A stretch of 51,707 bases of DNA from a virus (IMGVR_UViG_3300037155_000078:1-51707); one strand, 5' to 3'. Numbered from the stretch's first letter, positions 26,172 to 36,675 are shown. Notes: a model not told the origin generated them from the sequence alone. Translations and numbers: made by a program.

Positions 26172-28211
26172 TTAGAAACCTTTGCAACCCGCTATGAGCG
26201 TATCTATACCGGATACGATTGTGAGGCCGACTTCGTTCAACGTGACGACCGTGGTGCTGGTGTTCACGGCAAACGTACCTGTGAGCGTTCCGGTGACGGA
26301 CGCCCCGGTTGCTAGGCTGACGCTGCATGAATAGGACGTAGTCGATGTGAACGGTGAGGCCCCGCTCAATGTTGCCGTGCAGGTCGTTTGTCCCGCCCCA
26401 ATCGTGCAGCTCCCAACCATGTCATGCGTCGTGCTTCCGAGTGATGCTCCCGCCAAACCGTAAGTTGGAGCGACGTACGCGACTGCGCTTCCGTTAGACG
26501 AACCTTGCACCGTTCCGGTTCCGGCGGTCAATCCGACAAACGTACCGAGTCCAGAGGCATTAAGAGTGGTGATGTTTGTGAGCGCGTCCGCGCCCATATC
26601 AATCGAGCCCGATTGCGAAGTCAGTTTCAGCCGTCCGTCGCTCGACATACGAAACACGGTGCTGCCGTTTCCTAAATCTAAGCCGTTATCTGCGCCAACG
26701 GCGACGATCGGTCCGTTGATCGTTGCGCTTGTCGGTCCGTAGGTGGAAGAGCCTGTCTTAAACGAACCCTTAATACCGAGATTTCCCGAAGCATCCATAG
26801 AAGCAAGTTGCGGCGACCCAAGCCCTACGCCGTAGATGGAAAAAGCCGTCCCTGTTACCCCTGAGACGGTGCCGCTATTCGCGTACAAGGCGGTAATGTT
26901 CGAGCCGCCTGCAACGTTGGTAAACTCGTAGAACGCGGTCCCGGCTGCGGCGTTCGCAAGGAACGTAGACCCAGTTACGGCCCCCGCGCCTGATACCGTA
27001 AAGGCACCAGGAAAATTAAAAATGTTTCCGGTGACGGTCAGATTAGTTCCGTCGATGTACGTTCCGATGGTGGCGACCGTACCGTCGGTTCCGATGAAGG
27101 TCCCCGTTGTTCCGATTCCAAAAGCACCGCCGCTTCGTAACTCAATCCCCTTCTTCCAACCTACGTTGAGGCCATAGATAGGCAACGCAACGTCGGAGCC
27201 GATGGCTTGCAAGTTGCCGTTGCTAACGAGCGAGAGTCCCCACCGATTTTGAGCAGACGCGCCCGTATTTATCCCAGTGTCTATTTCAATTCCGGTGAGT
27301 TGATTGATGTAGGTCGCCCCGGAGAGAGCGAAAGTGTTAAAGTTTCCGCCGAAGAAGTTGCCGGTGGGAACGCCTGCCGTTCCGCCATCGGCAGACGCGG
27401 CTGTCGCCGCCCCTATCACGCCAACATAATCATACTGAGCAAGTGAAGCCGGTGACGTAAGCGTTGTCACCCCGTAGATGGCGGTTCTGCTTCCCGTTGC
27501 TCCTCCGCCAAAGTTAAGGTTTACTCCAAACCCGTTCACAGCGGAGTTTCCACGCAGCATTGAACTATTGACTGCGTCGTTGTTGATCGTGAACAGGTTG
27601 TAGTAGAACAACGTTGATGGCGTGGCGCTGCTACCGGTCTGCGCTCCTGTGAACGGGCCGCCGCTGGATAGCCCTGAAGTCGCCGTCACCAAGCCTGAGA
27701 ACGTAGGCGCGGCGACCGTTGACCAAGAGCAAGTGTTAGGGAACGCACCAGAGACGTTGATGTTGGTCCCGTTAACTCCGCAGATCGGTGAACTCGTCCC
27801 GGTGCCGCCGTTCGCGAGAGGGAGCACGCCCGTAATCGCCCCGACCGGCACGGTGCAACCGGAAGTTATTTCGTTCCCGCCACCATCGGTGCAAAGCGGC
27901 GAGGAGATCGCCCACGCCGACGAATTGAAGTAGCCGCCCGTCAAGGACACGCCGTTGCTAAACGTAAGCGGATAATTCAGCGGAGCAACGCACTCTGGTT
28001 GGCTCGTGCAATTCCAAATCCAAGGCTTGGTCATCTGCCCGACCGTGATTTTCTTGGTTACGCCCGCGTTGACGATCGGGAGAACGTCGGTTTGCGTGGG
28101 CGTTCCACTGAGGGCGGGCAAACCGCTAATCGGAATATTCTGCGCGAGAGCGACGGAGGGGAGCGCAAGAAAAACAGCGAGAGCCGATACGGAGCGCAGG
28201 ATGCGTTTCAT
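26172..28211 (-). CDS. Tail fibre / receptor-binding protein with N-terminal signal peptide
   Basis: G/S/T-rich beta repeats, GVLPLANGGTG, ISGLP motif; lower GC; follows baseplate genes. Confidence 0.75.
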   Translation of the reverse strand: MKRILRSVSALAVFLALPSVALAQNIPISGLPALSGTPTQTDVLPIVNAGVTKKITVGQMTKPWIWNCTSQPECVAPLNYPLTFSNGVSLTGGYFNSSAWAISSPLCTDGGGNEITSGCTVPVGAITGVLPLANGGTGTSSPICGVNGTNINVSGAFPNTCSWSTVAAPTFSGLVTATSGLSSGGPFTGAQTGSSATPSTLFYYNLFTINNDAVNSSMLRGNSAVNGFGVNLNFGGGATGSRTAIYGVTTLTSPASLAQYDYVGVIGAATAASADGGTAGVPTGNFFGGNFNTFALSGATYINQLTGIEIDTGINTGASAQNRWGLSLVSNGNLQAIGSDVALPIYGLNVGWKKGIELRSGGAFGIGTTGTFIGTDGTVATIGTYIDGTNLTVTGNIFNFPGAFTVSGAGAVTGSTFLANAAAGTAFYEFTNVAGGSNITALYANSGTVSGVTGTAFSIYGVGLGSPQLASMDASGNLGIKGSFKTGSSTYGPTSATINGPIVAVGADNGLDLGNGSTVFRMSSDGRLKLTSQSGSIDMGADALTNITTLNASGLGTFVGLTAGTGTVQGSSNGSAVAYVAPTYGLAGASLGSTTHDMVGSCTIGAGQTTCTATLSGASPFTSTTSYSCSVSLATGASVTGTLTGTFAVNTSTTVVTLNEVGLTIVSGIDTLIAGCKGF

Positions 28212-28220
28212 GGCAAAACC

Positions 28221-28616
28221 TCAGAGACCGTGAACATTGAAGTTGTGACCACCGGTCGCGCCGCCCCCGCCTTTTGCGGGACCGCCGAGGCCCGAGTATG
28301 ACCCGCCCGTGTAGTTCGCAATCGCCGCCGCGCAGAGGTTCTGGATGGTCACATAGAGCCCAGCTATTGACGCGGCTGCTGCCACGGCCTGGTTGTAGGT
28401 CACGTACACGACCACGCTGTTGCCGTCGCCCATAGCGATCGAAAAACTCGATGTTCCGCGCGTGCTCGTGGTGGCGGTCACCGTTAGGCTCGAGACCGTA
28501 AATGAACCGGGGACGCTTGAGTAATTGACCACCGCGGCGATCCCGTCGACGTCGGCCTGGAGAAGCGTTCCCTTTGCAACAAGGAGCGCAGCGAGATCGG
28601 ATACTTCAAAACTCAT
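28221..28616 (-). CDS. Hypothetical virion-associated protein
   Basis: Lies between the two fibre genes. Confidence 0.65.
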   Translation of the reverse strand: MSFEVSDLAALLVAKGTLLQADVDGIAAVVNYSSVPGSFTVSSLTVTATTSTRGTSSFSIAMGDGNSVVVYVTYNQAVAAAASIAGLYVTIQNLCAAAIANYTGGSYSGLGGPAKGGGGATGGHNFNVHGL

Positions 28617-28628
28617 GCCATGCCCCTT

Positions 28629-29492
28629 TTAAATGCCGCCACAGAGAATCAGGAACGTCGCAGCGTTGCTCGTAAAGATGTGGAAGCTGGTTGTCCCGAC
28701 CGCGGTAATGACCGCGTTCGCGTTCGCTGTGTTCGTGGACGTAACCACCGCCGGCGGATTCGTGTACGATGCTCCGAAGCTGATCGTCGACGATCCGCCA
28801 CCTCCGAGAGAAACGCCGCTGAAAATCTCGATGTGAACCTGGCCGAGCACGATCGACCCGTTGATGTAGAGCTTCGCAATCGCCGCGGCGAGATTGATCG
28901 TTGTGCCCGAGGGCGTGATCGTAACGCTGCCATCGGAACTCGCCAGATTGAGCGCGCCGAGCAGTGTATTGAGACTCGAAACAATGCTCGAGAGAGCTGC
29001 CGGCGCGACCGATCCCGCAAGAATCGACCCACCCGACATGACGGGCGCCGATGAAAAGGTTTTGATGCCCCCGATCGTCTGAGGGTTGGCAAGATCGACG
29101 TAGCCGCTCGGAATCACTGCATTGGTGAATGTCTTGATGCCGCCGATGGTCTGATTGGTCGTGAGGTCGACGAATCCAGTCGAAGTCGTTAAGAAGCTTG
29201 CGAGTTGCCCTGCCGTCAAGGCGCCATAGGCAAAGTCGCCAGTCAGCCAGGTCGTCGCGGCCGTGCCTTCTTGTCCGCGAACAACGGTGAGGTTCGCGCC
29301 GGCGATCGCGGTCACAGTCAAGATTTCAAAGACGCTCTGGGTTGCCGCATCATTAAGCGTGAGATTAAAGGTCTGCCCGGCAGTAAGCGTCGGCAGGTGC
29401 GCGCTCGATGCGAGCACGATCGTCGTCTGCCCTGTCGTGGTGATGGGCGCCGCGAGCGTGGTCGAGCAGTTATTGCTGAAGACAAACGGCAC
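28629..29492 (-). CDS. Proximal tail fibre protein
   Basis: NN..TTLA..IT, LTVVRGQEGT; two VDLxxxQTIGGIKTF repeats. Confidence 0.8.
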   Translation of the reverse strand: MPFVFSNNCSTTLAAPITTTGQTTIVLASSAHLPTLTAGQTFNLTLNDAATQSVFEILTVTAIAGANLTVVRGQEGTAATTWLTGDFAYGALTAGQLASFLTTSTGFVDLTTNQTIGGIKTFTNAVIPSGYVDLANPQTIGGIKTFSSAPVMSGGSILAGSVAPAALSSIVSSLNTLLGALNLASSDGSVTITPSGTTINLAAAIAKLYINGSIVLGQVHIEIFSGVSLGGGGSSTISFGASYTNPPAVVTSTNTANANAVITAVGTTSFHIFTSNAATFLILCGGI

Positions 29493-29526
29493 GGCTATCC
29501 CTTACTTCCTGTGACTTGCAGAGTGC

Positions 29527-30651
29527 TCAAGAAACCACGACCGTCGACGTGAACTGAAACGGGAACGCAAGAAGCCCTTGCGCCATCGCCTGCTCAAAGA
29601 ACTGCGATGACGTCCCGCCTGGGATTTTAATGATGAAGTTTCCCACCTTATTGCTGGTATTCGCGCTCGGGAGCGGCGCTCCCACGACCAGCCCAGAAAT
29701 CGGTTCCGTCCAGTTCGTTCCGATCGGAATCGGGAATGCGTTCTGCCGGGTCGGCGGCGAGCCTCCGAACTTGTTGGTCCCATTGAGGGAGAAGCCATTG
29801 ACGGGCATGGAATTGAGCCCGGCGGTGAATTTTGCGGGGTTCGTCGAGAGAACGCTGGCGTAGATATCGTAGTCGTCGGCGCCGCTCATCGGGGGCGGCG
29901 TACCGACCACAAGCAGGTAATCGAGGGGAACCGTCAGCGTCGACGGCGGCCCGACCAGCGTCTCGCCAAGCGGGGTGACGTAGGAAAGCCAGACGCCATA
30001 TTGTTTCGATGTAAGCGTTCCCCCACTTCGCGAAGAAAGCGTCGGCGCCGGGGGCGAGGGTAATAACGCCGGCTGGATCTGCACGCTCTGCGCTTGCGAA
30101 AGCGTTACGTCTGTCCCACCGACGCCGTAGAGAAAACGCGCGACTTTTAATCTCAGCAACTCGACGTTAAAATACCGCCCGTTGCCGGCGTACAGCCACC
30201 AGGTGAGAACGCGCTTGTAGTAATCGTCGGTCGCGATCGTCGCCGTGCCGCTTTGGAAGTATTCTCGTCCGTTGACCGCACCGACGTTGAGCGGCAAAGA
30301 ATTCAGTCCGGCGACGTATTTGATCGACAGCGATGAGAAGACGGGCCGTTCGAGTCCGTAGATCCCGGTGGCAATCCAGTCCAAGAGCGGACCTGAGACA
30401 TTCGGGTTCGTGTAGACGGCGAGCGGCGTTGAGTTAAACCAGTCCAGGTACGCCTGCGCGAGTTCGTTGAAAGCCGTGAAGAATGCGACGATATTTTCGT
30501 CGTCGCTGTATTCTTGATAGGGATACGACGGGATGATGGTTTGAAGCGGCAGCGGACCAGTGTACGGGACGGGGGTATACCCCTCGATGAGAATCTTCTC
30601 ACCGGACTCTGTTGTGAGCGGCTGCCCGCCTTCAGTTAGAAGCCAACTCAC
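29527..30651 (-). CDS. Baseplate wedge protein (DUF2612 / gpI-like)
   Basis: PSYPYQEYSDD, LLDWIA.GIYG..RP, DDYYKRVLTW; follows baseplate J. Confidence 0.8.
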   Translation of the reverse strand: MSWLLTEGGQPLTTESGEKILIEGYTPVPYTGPLPLQTIIPSYPYQEYSDDENIVAFFTAFNELAQAYLDWFNSTPLAVYTNPNVSGPLLDWIATGIYGLERPVFSSLSIKYVAGLNSLPLNVGAVNGREYFQSGTATIATDDYYKRVLTWWLYAGNGRYFNVELLRLKVARFLYGVGGTDVTLSQAQSVQIQPALLPSPPAPTLSSRSGGTLTSKQYGVWLSYVTPLGETLVGPPSTLTVPLDYLLVVGTPPPMSGADDYDIYASVLSTNPAKFTAGLNSMPVNGFSLNGTNKFGGSPPTRQNAFPIPIGTNWTEPISGLVVGAPLPSANTSNKVGNFIIKIPGGTSSQFFEQAMAQGLLAFPFQFTSTVVVS

Positions 30652-30654
30652 CGA

Positions 30655-31857
30655 TCAGCCCTGTACTGACGTGGCGCCGCTCGCCGAAATATAGAATGAC
30701 GATTCCGGATCACTCGCGATGACGGATGTCCCCGCGGTCGGCGAGACCGGCACGCTATTGATCGTCACCGCAAATTGCAGGGTCGTGAGATTATTCGGGG
30801 CAAGCACAGGTGCAATGGCGAGCTGAATTTGCTCGGTCATCATCAGAAGATTGATCGGCTGCCCGACGAGGATCGAATTGGTGTATGCCTGCACCGCGCC
30901 GACGATATATTGATTGACCAGAGCGGAAGCTGTGAAATTAGCTAACGTCGTATTCCACGTGACCGCGACCGTGACGGTCTGCTGGGGCGGACTCACATAG
31001 ACGATCGTGTACGTGTCAGGCGCGTCGTAAATCGAGACGGTGACGTTTCGTAGGCTGCTGATCGACGAGCCGGCGAGTAACCCGATCTGACTTACGCCCG
31101 CATAGATTGCGCCAGCGATCTGAAACGGATCCCCTCCGCCGCAGATGACTTGCCACGATGAGCCGGACTGCCGAACAGAAACAAGTCGAGGCGAGACCCC
31201 GGGAAGAGCAAGGAGGAGCGTCTTGAGATAGCTCGGTGTCCCTTGAATCGAGACCGCGAATGCCTCGAGAACGCGGCTCCGATACGCCTCCATCGTCTCG
31301 GCGGCTGTAGCGGGAACGCCGGCCAGTGGGTTCGTCACCGTCAGGGAATAGGGGCTCGGCACGGAGGTGACGGGCGTGACAATCGAGTTCGCCGGGATTG
31401 CGAACGTGCCAGAGTTGGTCGCGACAACGTAGATGGATTGCGAGCTGCCGCCGGTCCCGATCGTGCCGCCGTCTTGCACGGCGTACTGATTGGTCCCATC
31501 CGAGACGAGGAAGCCCGGCGGGATCACGTAGCCGGGCGAGCCGCTAAAGACGACGTTCGCGTTCCCGTTCGCTGAAACACCGCTCGGCACGCCGAACATC
31601 GCGCCGAGCTGCGCGAGGATGTACGGATTGGCGGCGTAGGGCGAGACGTTGTTGACGGCGTCGACGCGCGCCTGATCGACTACCACGAGCGCGCCGACGT
31701 CGGTGCTCGACATATCCTCGATCATTGAACCGGGCAACGAGGCGGTGTAGTTCGGCACCATCGCTGCGACGGACGCGATGAGCGCCTGCTGAAGCGTTGC
31801 CGGCGGCGTAGCTACGGGACCACTAGCGGAAAAGAGCAGCGGGGTAGAACCGGCCAT
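30655..31857 (-). CDS. Baseplate J-like protein
   Basis: LPGSMIEDMSST, GYVIPPG, ET.EAYRSRV. Confidence 0.88.
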   Translation of the reverse strand: MAGSTPLLFSASGPVATPPATLQQALIASVAAMVPNYTASLPGSMIEDMSSTDVGALVVVDQARVDAVNNVSPYAANPYILAQLGAMFGVPSGVSANGNANVVFSGSPGYVIPPGFLVSDGTNQYAVQDGGTIGTGGSSQSIYVVATNSGTFAIPANSIVTPVTSVPSPYSLTVTNPLAGVPATAAETMEAYRSRVLEAFAVSIQGTPSYLKTLLLALPGVSPRLVSVRQSGSSWQVICGGGDPFQIAGAIYAGVSQIGLLAGSSISSLRNVTVSIYDAPDTYTIVYVSPPQQTVTVAVTWNTTLANFTASALVNQYIVGAVQAYTNSILVGQPINLLMMTEQIQLAIAPVLAPNNLTTLQFAVTINSVPVSPTAGTSVIASDPESSFYISASGATSVQG

Positions 31858-32234
31858 TATGAGGGCACCTCGAGCTGCCCGGTTACGACTTGCACGCCGA
31901 CGATCGCTCCATTATGGCAGACGGCCTGTACGTTGTAGGTCGGCGGGAACGAACCCTGGATGCGCGTGATTGCGAGCGAGGCGAAGTAGGGCGAGAACTG
32001 CGTCTGCGTTTGCGCGGCATAGTAGTCGGGAAAAACCTGCGTCACGACCGACGGCTGCGCCGGGATCCCGTAATTCGCGAAAAAAGGTGACTCGCCCAGG
32101 TTCAGCTTCAGGCACTGAACGAGCGTCGTGAGATAGACGGCGTCGTTGAGGCCGTCAGCGTCCGTGGTGATCTCGACCCAAGTGCCGCCGCTCCCCTTGG
32201 TTTGATTGATGCGGCCGTACGTTCTAAGCGCCAT
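31857..32234 (-). CDS. Baseplate wedge protein (gp25/W-like)
   Basis: LKLNLGESPFFANYGIP; position. Confidence 0.75.
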   Translation of the reverse strand: MALRTYGRINQTKGSGGTWVEITTDADGLNDAVYLTTLVQCLKLNLGESPFFANYGIPAQPSVVTQVFPDYYAAQTQTQFSPYFASLAITRIQGSFPPTYNVQAVCHNGAIVGVQVVTGQLEVPS

Positions 32235-32240
32235 CGGTCA

Positions 32241-32855
32241 TCACGTGATCGGTGGCCCCGTGTCGTCGGGGCCGGTTTGCACGCCGGGATGCAGATGCGT
32301 CTCGGCGACAACGCCGGTCGACATCGTGAAGCCAGCGCTGGTAAATGTCCATGTCTTGCTGCCGAGCTGCACAGTGATCGTCCCCGTTTCTCCGTCGACG
32401 TCGATATAGTTCGTATTCGCCGCATCGCCGATCCTTACACCCTTCGGCCCGTTCGCCCACACCTTGTCCGGATTCGGTGTATCGCTGAAGTTGACCGAGC
32501 CGACCGGCACCCAAACCAGCGCCGACATGTTCCCGTAGTCGACGGTCAGATCGGCGACCCCCGAGCCCAGGCCGCTAATCCCGCCCAGGAACGTATCGGC
32601 CGGCAGGGTCAATCCGAAGTCCCCGACCTGCGTCGGCGCGCGCAGCCATTGGCTTTCGGCCTTCGGCAGCGTGAGCGGCGGCAGCGTCCAGGGGGCGTTC
32701 GCAACCTCGAAGGTGACCGTCACGATCGAGCCGTCGACCGCGGTCACCTTGCACGGAAGCGCGCGACCGATGCGCTCAATCTCTTGCAGCGCGCGGTTCG
32801 TCGCCAGCGCATTGAGGTTCTGCTGAAGCCAGAGGGTCTGATAGTTGTCGGGCAT
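32241..32855 (-). CDS. Baseplate central spike (gpV-like)
   Basis: LPCKVTAV OB-fold start; C-terminal HLHPGVQTG (HxH). Confidence 0.88.
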   Translation of the reverse strand: MPDNYQTLWLQQNLNALATNRALQEIERIGRALPCKVTAVDGSIVTVTFEVANAPWTLPPLTLPKAESQWLRAPTQVGDFGLTLPADTFLGGISGLGSGVADLTVDYGNMSALVWVPVGSVNFSDTPNPDKVWANGPKGVRIGDAANTNYIDVDGETGTITVQLGSKTWTFTSAGFTMSTGVVAETHLHPGVQTGPDDTGPPIT

Positions 32856-32858
32856 CTT

Positions 32859-33806
32859 TTAGCTCGCCGGCGTCTGCGGGACGCATTGGAAGATCGTCGC
32901 CCACGACGCGCCGTTGGGATCGCGGAAGTTGCCGATCTGCCGCACTGACTGCACGAGAAACGTGCCCTGGAAGGCGGTCTTATATTTGAGCTGCGACGGG
33001 AAGGCTGCGGCCGTCGTCGTCACGATCCCCGGTACGTCCTGGAGTCCCTGTGGCATCTTGATAACCGTGCCGACGCCGATGTCCGCGCGCATGACGGTCG
33101 TGAACTGCATGACGTTCACGTCGGTCCAGGTCGGCTGCCCGATCAAGTCGGTGAACTGAAGCTGGGTCGGATTCGTTTGCACCGAGCCATCGAGCACAAT
33201 AATCGTGTTCGCCGTATTGAGGTAGACGATATCGACGCCCGGCGACGTCGGGCTCTTCGTGACCGACTTTACATGCTTGGCGAGATTGCTCAGAGTCGAA
33301 TAGGCGCCAATGTCGTCGTGCGAATTAATGTGCTGCGCGATGCGAAAGACCGCCGTCGTATTGGGATAGGCAATCGAAAGCGTCGTCGCGAGCGCCTGCT
33401 GAAGCGTCGTGCCTTTCTTCCAGTTGAGCACAATGTTGCCCGGACTCGAGACCGTGTAGAGTGATGGGATGACGACGAAGTCGAGCGTCATTTCCGTGCC
33501 GGCCCAGTTCCCGAAGCTCTGGAAAATCTGGCCTGCAAGGACCAGGCCCGCCTGCGTCGGGTTCGCGAGCGGCAAGCCGGCAGACATTCCCGCCTTCATG
33601 CTGAGCTGCTGTCCGGCGAATTGGGGCGCCTGCTGGAGATCCTCGAGCGAGACGCCCTCGATCGTCAGCGTCGAGTTGCCCATCGGGATCGCGTAGACAT
33701 ATTCGAAGAAGTCGAATTCGATGTTCAGCGCGCCTGGATCGTCGACGCCCTTCTGCTGCGAGCTCCAGGTCTTGCCTCCGACCGTGATGTTGTATAAGCG
33801 TCCCAT
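32859..33806 (-). CDS. Baseplate hub protein
   Basis: DLIGQPTW and VRQIGNFR motifs; position. Confidence 0.78.
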   Translation of the reverse strand: MGRLYNITVGGKTWSSQQKGVDDPGALNIEFDFFEYVYAIPMGNSTLTIEGVSLEDLQQAPQFAGQQLSMKAGMSAGLPLANPTQAGLVLAGQIFQSFGNWAGTEMTLDFVVIPSLYTVSSPGNIVLNWKKGTTLQQALATTLSIAYPNTTAVFRIAQHINSHDDIGAYSTLSNLAKHVKSVTKSPTSPGVDIVYLNTANTIIVLDGSVQTNPTQLQFTDLIGQPTWTDVNVMQFTTVMRADIGVGTVIKMPQGLQDVPGIVTTTAAAFPSQLKYKTAFQGTFLVQSVRQIGNFRDPNGASWATIFQCVPQTPAS

Positions 33807-33809
33807 CGG

Positions 33810-34085
33810 TTAGGGCGTCTGCTCGAATTGTCCGGTCGACGGTCGATAGACCAGCGTCGATGTCTTGAAGACTCCCGGGAAGAGCAGGATGTTCGAATTC
33901 GGCGGCGAGCCGATCAGCGGCTGATTCATCACGACGGTCCCGCTTTGGTCGGTCAGCGATACGTACCAGAAGCGCCGATACAGATTCCACCGCGCGGCGA
34001 GCACGTAGGGATTGCCATCAAGGATGACCTGCGCCTGAAACGGCGGCGTCGCTGCGTTGTTCGGTAGGAACGGGATCGTCGTCAT
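33810..34085 (-). CDS. Small baseplate protein
   Basis: MTTIPF..LDG.PY...WN...WY; ATGA start 34085. Confidence 0.75.
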   Translation of the reverse strand: MTTIPFLPNNAATPPFQAQVILDGNPYVLAARWNLYRRFWYVSLTDQSGTVVMNQPLIGSPPNSNILLFPGVFKTSTLVYRPSTGQFEQTP

Positions 34086-34798
34086 GTCCGACCTGCTCCC
34101 GGAATCGAGATCGGTGCACCGGAGAGGCCGAGACCGCTCGAGAGACCCGGCGTCACGGGGGGATTCTGGCTTTGCAGATTCCCGGACCAAGCCGGCGTCC
34201 CGCTGAACGCAGCTCCGCTCGAGACCTTCGACATCAGGTTGCTCTGCGCAGCGGCGGCGCCCTCGAGCGTGAGGAGCGGCTGGATGAAGTCGAGCTGCCA
34301 TTGGATCTGCTGCTGCTGAGTCTCGCCGTGCGTGACGTCGGTCATCCCAGTCAGGATAAGATTGTTGTAGACGAACGCCGGCGTCGCGACGGAATAGGTT
34401 CCCGCCCCGATCGAGTGATTGTAGAGCGACTGTCGCAACGATGTGAACATCGACTGCTTTTGGGAATAGCCGCCTGGCTGGTTCACCGGCGCGATCATCA
34501 GCATCGAAAGCGTGAGTGGCTGCACGATGATCGCATTCGCCGCGACTTGCTGGTTGGCGAACGGATACATGCCGACCTGATTGTTGATGAGCGTGCTGCC
34601 GGGCAGCGGAACGTAGCGTGCGAAAAAGGCGTTCGGGTCGGTGGTAGGATTATTGAGAAGCGCGAGTTGACCGTACAGGAATACGATCGGCAGCGACCCG
34701 CCTTGCGCGGACGATGCAATCCCGCCCACTAAGATGATTGGCGAAACTTGGAAGGCGAGATCGTATCGCGAAATCGCCGATTGCGAGAGATCGGCCAT
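34082..34798 (-). CDS. Tail tube initiator / baseplate protein
   Basis: FQVSPIIL.GGIA, YPFANQQVAANA; directly after tape measure. Confidence 0.75.
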   Translation of the reverse strand: MADLSQSAISRYDLAFQVSPIILVGGIASSAQGGSLPIVFLYGQLALLNNPTTDPNAFFARYVPLPGSTLINNQVGMYPFANQQVAANAIIVQPLTLSMLMIAPVNQPGGYSQKQSMFTSLRQSLYNHSIGAGTYSVATPAFVYNNLILTGMTDVTHGETQQQQIQWQLDFIQPLLTLEGAAAAQSNLMSKVSSGAAFSGTPAWSGNLQSQNPPVTPGLSSGLGLSGAPISIPGAGRT

Positions 34799-34801
34799 AG
34801 G

Positions 34802-36670
34802 CTATCCTGCCGCCAGAGCATTCGCACTCACGGCGACGCGCGCCGCGGTCGAGTTCGTGATATTGACGTGAACGGGCTTTACTCTGTTTCTAGCTTGTTC
34901 GACTTTCAATATGCGCCGGAGTATTGCATCGCTCGACGCCGCGCCAGATCCGTAGATATCATGGACGTAGCCGCGCGTGTCTGACGGCACGTAACGCAGC
35001 CAGTCTTTCGCATGCCGTGCTAGGACCGCATCCAGAGCGCCCGGCCCCATATTGTACGCCGCGAGTGCCTTGCCCCAGTCGTGATATTTTGCGTACATTT
35101 GCTGAAGGTACTTCGCACCTCCAGCGATGCTCTGAGCGGGATTCGTCCGATCAGTTACACCGAGGCCCTTCGCCGTCTCGGGCATGAGTTGCGCGAGTCC
35201 CAACGCTCCCGCGCTAGAAGTGCCCGGATTCCGACCGTAGCCGGATTCAGCGAGCAAAAGGCGGTCGAGTATTTGAACAGGGATGCCCGTAGCTGCACTC
35301 ATCATTTGATTGAATGCGTGAATCCCGGTCGGAGATCGGAGCGCGTCGAGAGCTTTCTTCGGAAGGCTCTTGGCCCAAGCTAACGGGCCACTGACATCTA
35401 AGCCGATTTTTGCATGACCGAATACGTCGCCCAACCATTTCGCGTCTCTCTTGAGTTTGTCCGGGAATCCTAGGGGATCGTATGGCTTCGACGGATCGCC
35501 TGTCTGTTGCGGGAGGAGCCAAGCGAACTTTTTCGCGATGACTGCGATCTCGGAACCGAGGAGCTTGAAGTCCTCGCCGACCGCTTTCCAGTTGGTTTTC
35601 GTGAGAAAGTCGCCGAAGTCTGAAAGACCCTGCTTTATCCCCCCGACACCGATCGTATTGACGAACGAGGCAATGGCATCCGTGACCCATGCCGAGAGTT
35701 TCGTGAATTCGGGCGCGAGCGGGGCGAGTTTGTTGATGAAGATCGTCTCGATCTCTTTCCCCGCCCGATCGAGTTGAACGTAGAACTGCGTCCAAGCGTC
35801 GCCCGTCTTTTTATCGAATCCGAGCACGCCGACGTCGCGTTTGTACGCACCCTGCGCCGCGTTGATTGCCGGTAGTCCCGCCAGCGCCGCCCGGCGCACG
35901 TCCTCGAGGTTTCCACCGAGCTCCTGATAGGCTCGCACAAACGGCGACGACGCTGGCGGCGTACCGCTCTTTTGCGCGCTTTGCCATGCCTTCACCGCGC
36001 CCTTGAGCTGTTCGAAGGCGAGATCGGCGGCCGACATGCCCTGCGCGTTGCGGAAGTCGATCCCGAGCATCGAGAGGTACGGGGCACTCTGATAGGTCAA
36101 CTGAGAGGCCGCGGCGGCCTGTAGCGCGCCTTCCCCGAGGAACGGCTTGGCGTTCACCCCGAAGCTCGCAAGCTGCCCAGGAGAGAGTCCTAGGCCCCCA
36201 GCGGCCCGCTGGCGCGAGAAGGCCGCGCTCGCGAGCTCGCCGACGCCGAAGCCGCCCAGGAGCGCCCCCAGGCCCAATCCGGCCAGCGCCCCGGCCCCGA
36301 GCTTCAGCACCCACTTGCCGACCCCGGCGATCTCGCCGCCCAGGCTCTTAGCCGTCTTGGCGAGTTCGCCCATTTTCTTGTTGGTCGAGTGGCTCGCGTC
36401 GCCGAGCGCGTTCTGGGCTTTCGCCGCTTTCGAGAGCGCGCCGCCGATCAACTCGGCCTGCGCGAAGGCGAGCGCAAGCGCTTCCTTGCCGGTCAGCGCT
36501 CCCGAGGCGAGCGCGTTCCCGGCGTCGCCAGCCCCTTCCATCGCAGCGTTGAGCCGACGCCAAGACTCGGGTTGCTTCTCGAGCTCAGCACTGTAGTCTG
36601 CGAAGGCAGCGGCGAACCTTTTGAAAGATTCGTCATTGACCTGAATATCCACGACCGCGCGGTTTGGCGT
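34802..36670 (-). CDS. Tape measure protein with C-terminal lytic transglycosylase domain
   Basis: Ala/Gly-rich helical body; AESG, GLAQLMPETA, ALAAYNMG; start ACG 36670 or GTG 36652. Confidence 0.9.
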   Translation of the reverse strand, partial: TPNRAVVDIQVNDESFKRFAAAFADYSAELEKQPESWRRLNAAMEGAGDAGNALASGALTGKEALALAFAQAELIGGALSKAAKAQNALGDASHSTNKKMGELAKTAKSLGGEIAGVGKWVLKLGAGALAGLGLGALLGGFGVGELASAAFSRQRAAGGLGLSPGQLASFGVNAKPFLGEGALQAAAASQLTYQSAPYLSMLGIDFRNAQGMSAADLAFEQLKGAVKAWQSAQKSGTPPASSPFVRAYQELGGNLEDVRRAALAGLPAINAAQGAYKRDVGVLGFDKKTGDAWTQFYVQLDRAGKEIETIFINKLAPLAPEFTKLSAWVTDAIASFVNTIGVGGIKQGLSDFGDFLTKTNWKAVGEDFKLLGSEIAVIAKKFAWLLPQQTGDPSKPYDPLGFPDKLKRDAKWLGDVFGHAKIGLDVSGPLAWAKSLPKKALDALRSPTGIHAFNQMMSAATGIPVQILDRLLLAESGYGRNPGTSSAGALGLAQLMPETAKGLGVTDRTNPAQSIAGGAKYLQQMYAKYHDWGKALAAYNMGPGALDAVLARHAKDWLRYVPSDTRGYVHDIYGSGAASSDAILRRILKVEQARNRVKPVHVNITNSTAARVAVSANALAAG

Positions 36671-36675
36671 AGGAC

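Noticed and set aside
23930-26315. Long plus-strand ORFs (23930..25240, 25224..26315; likewise 38146..39126 and 48176..49330)
   Set aside because: Arg-rich shadow frames antisense to well-supported genes, expected in high-GC DNA
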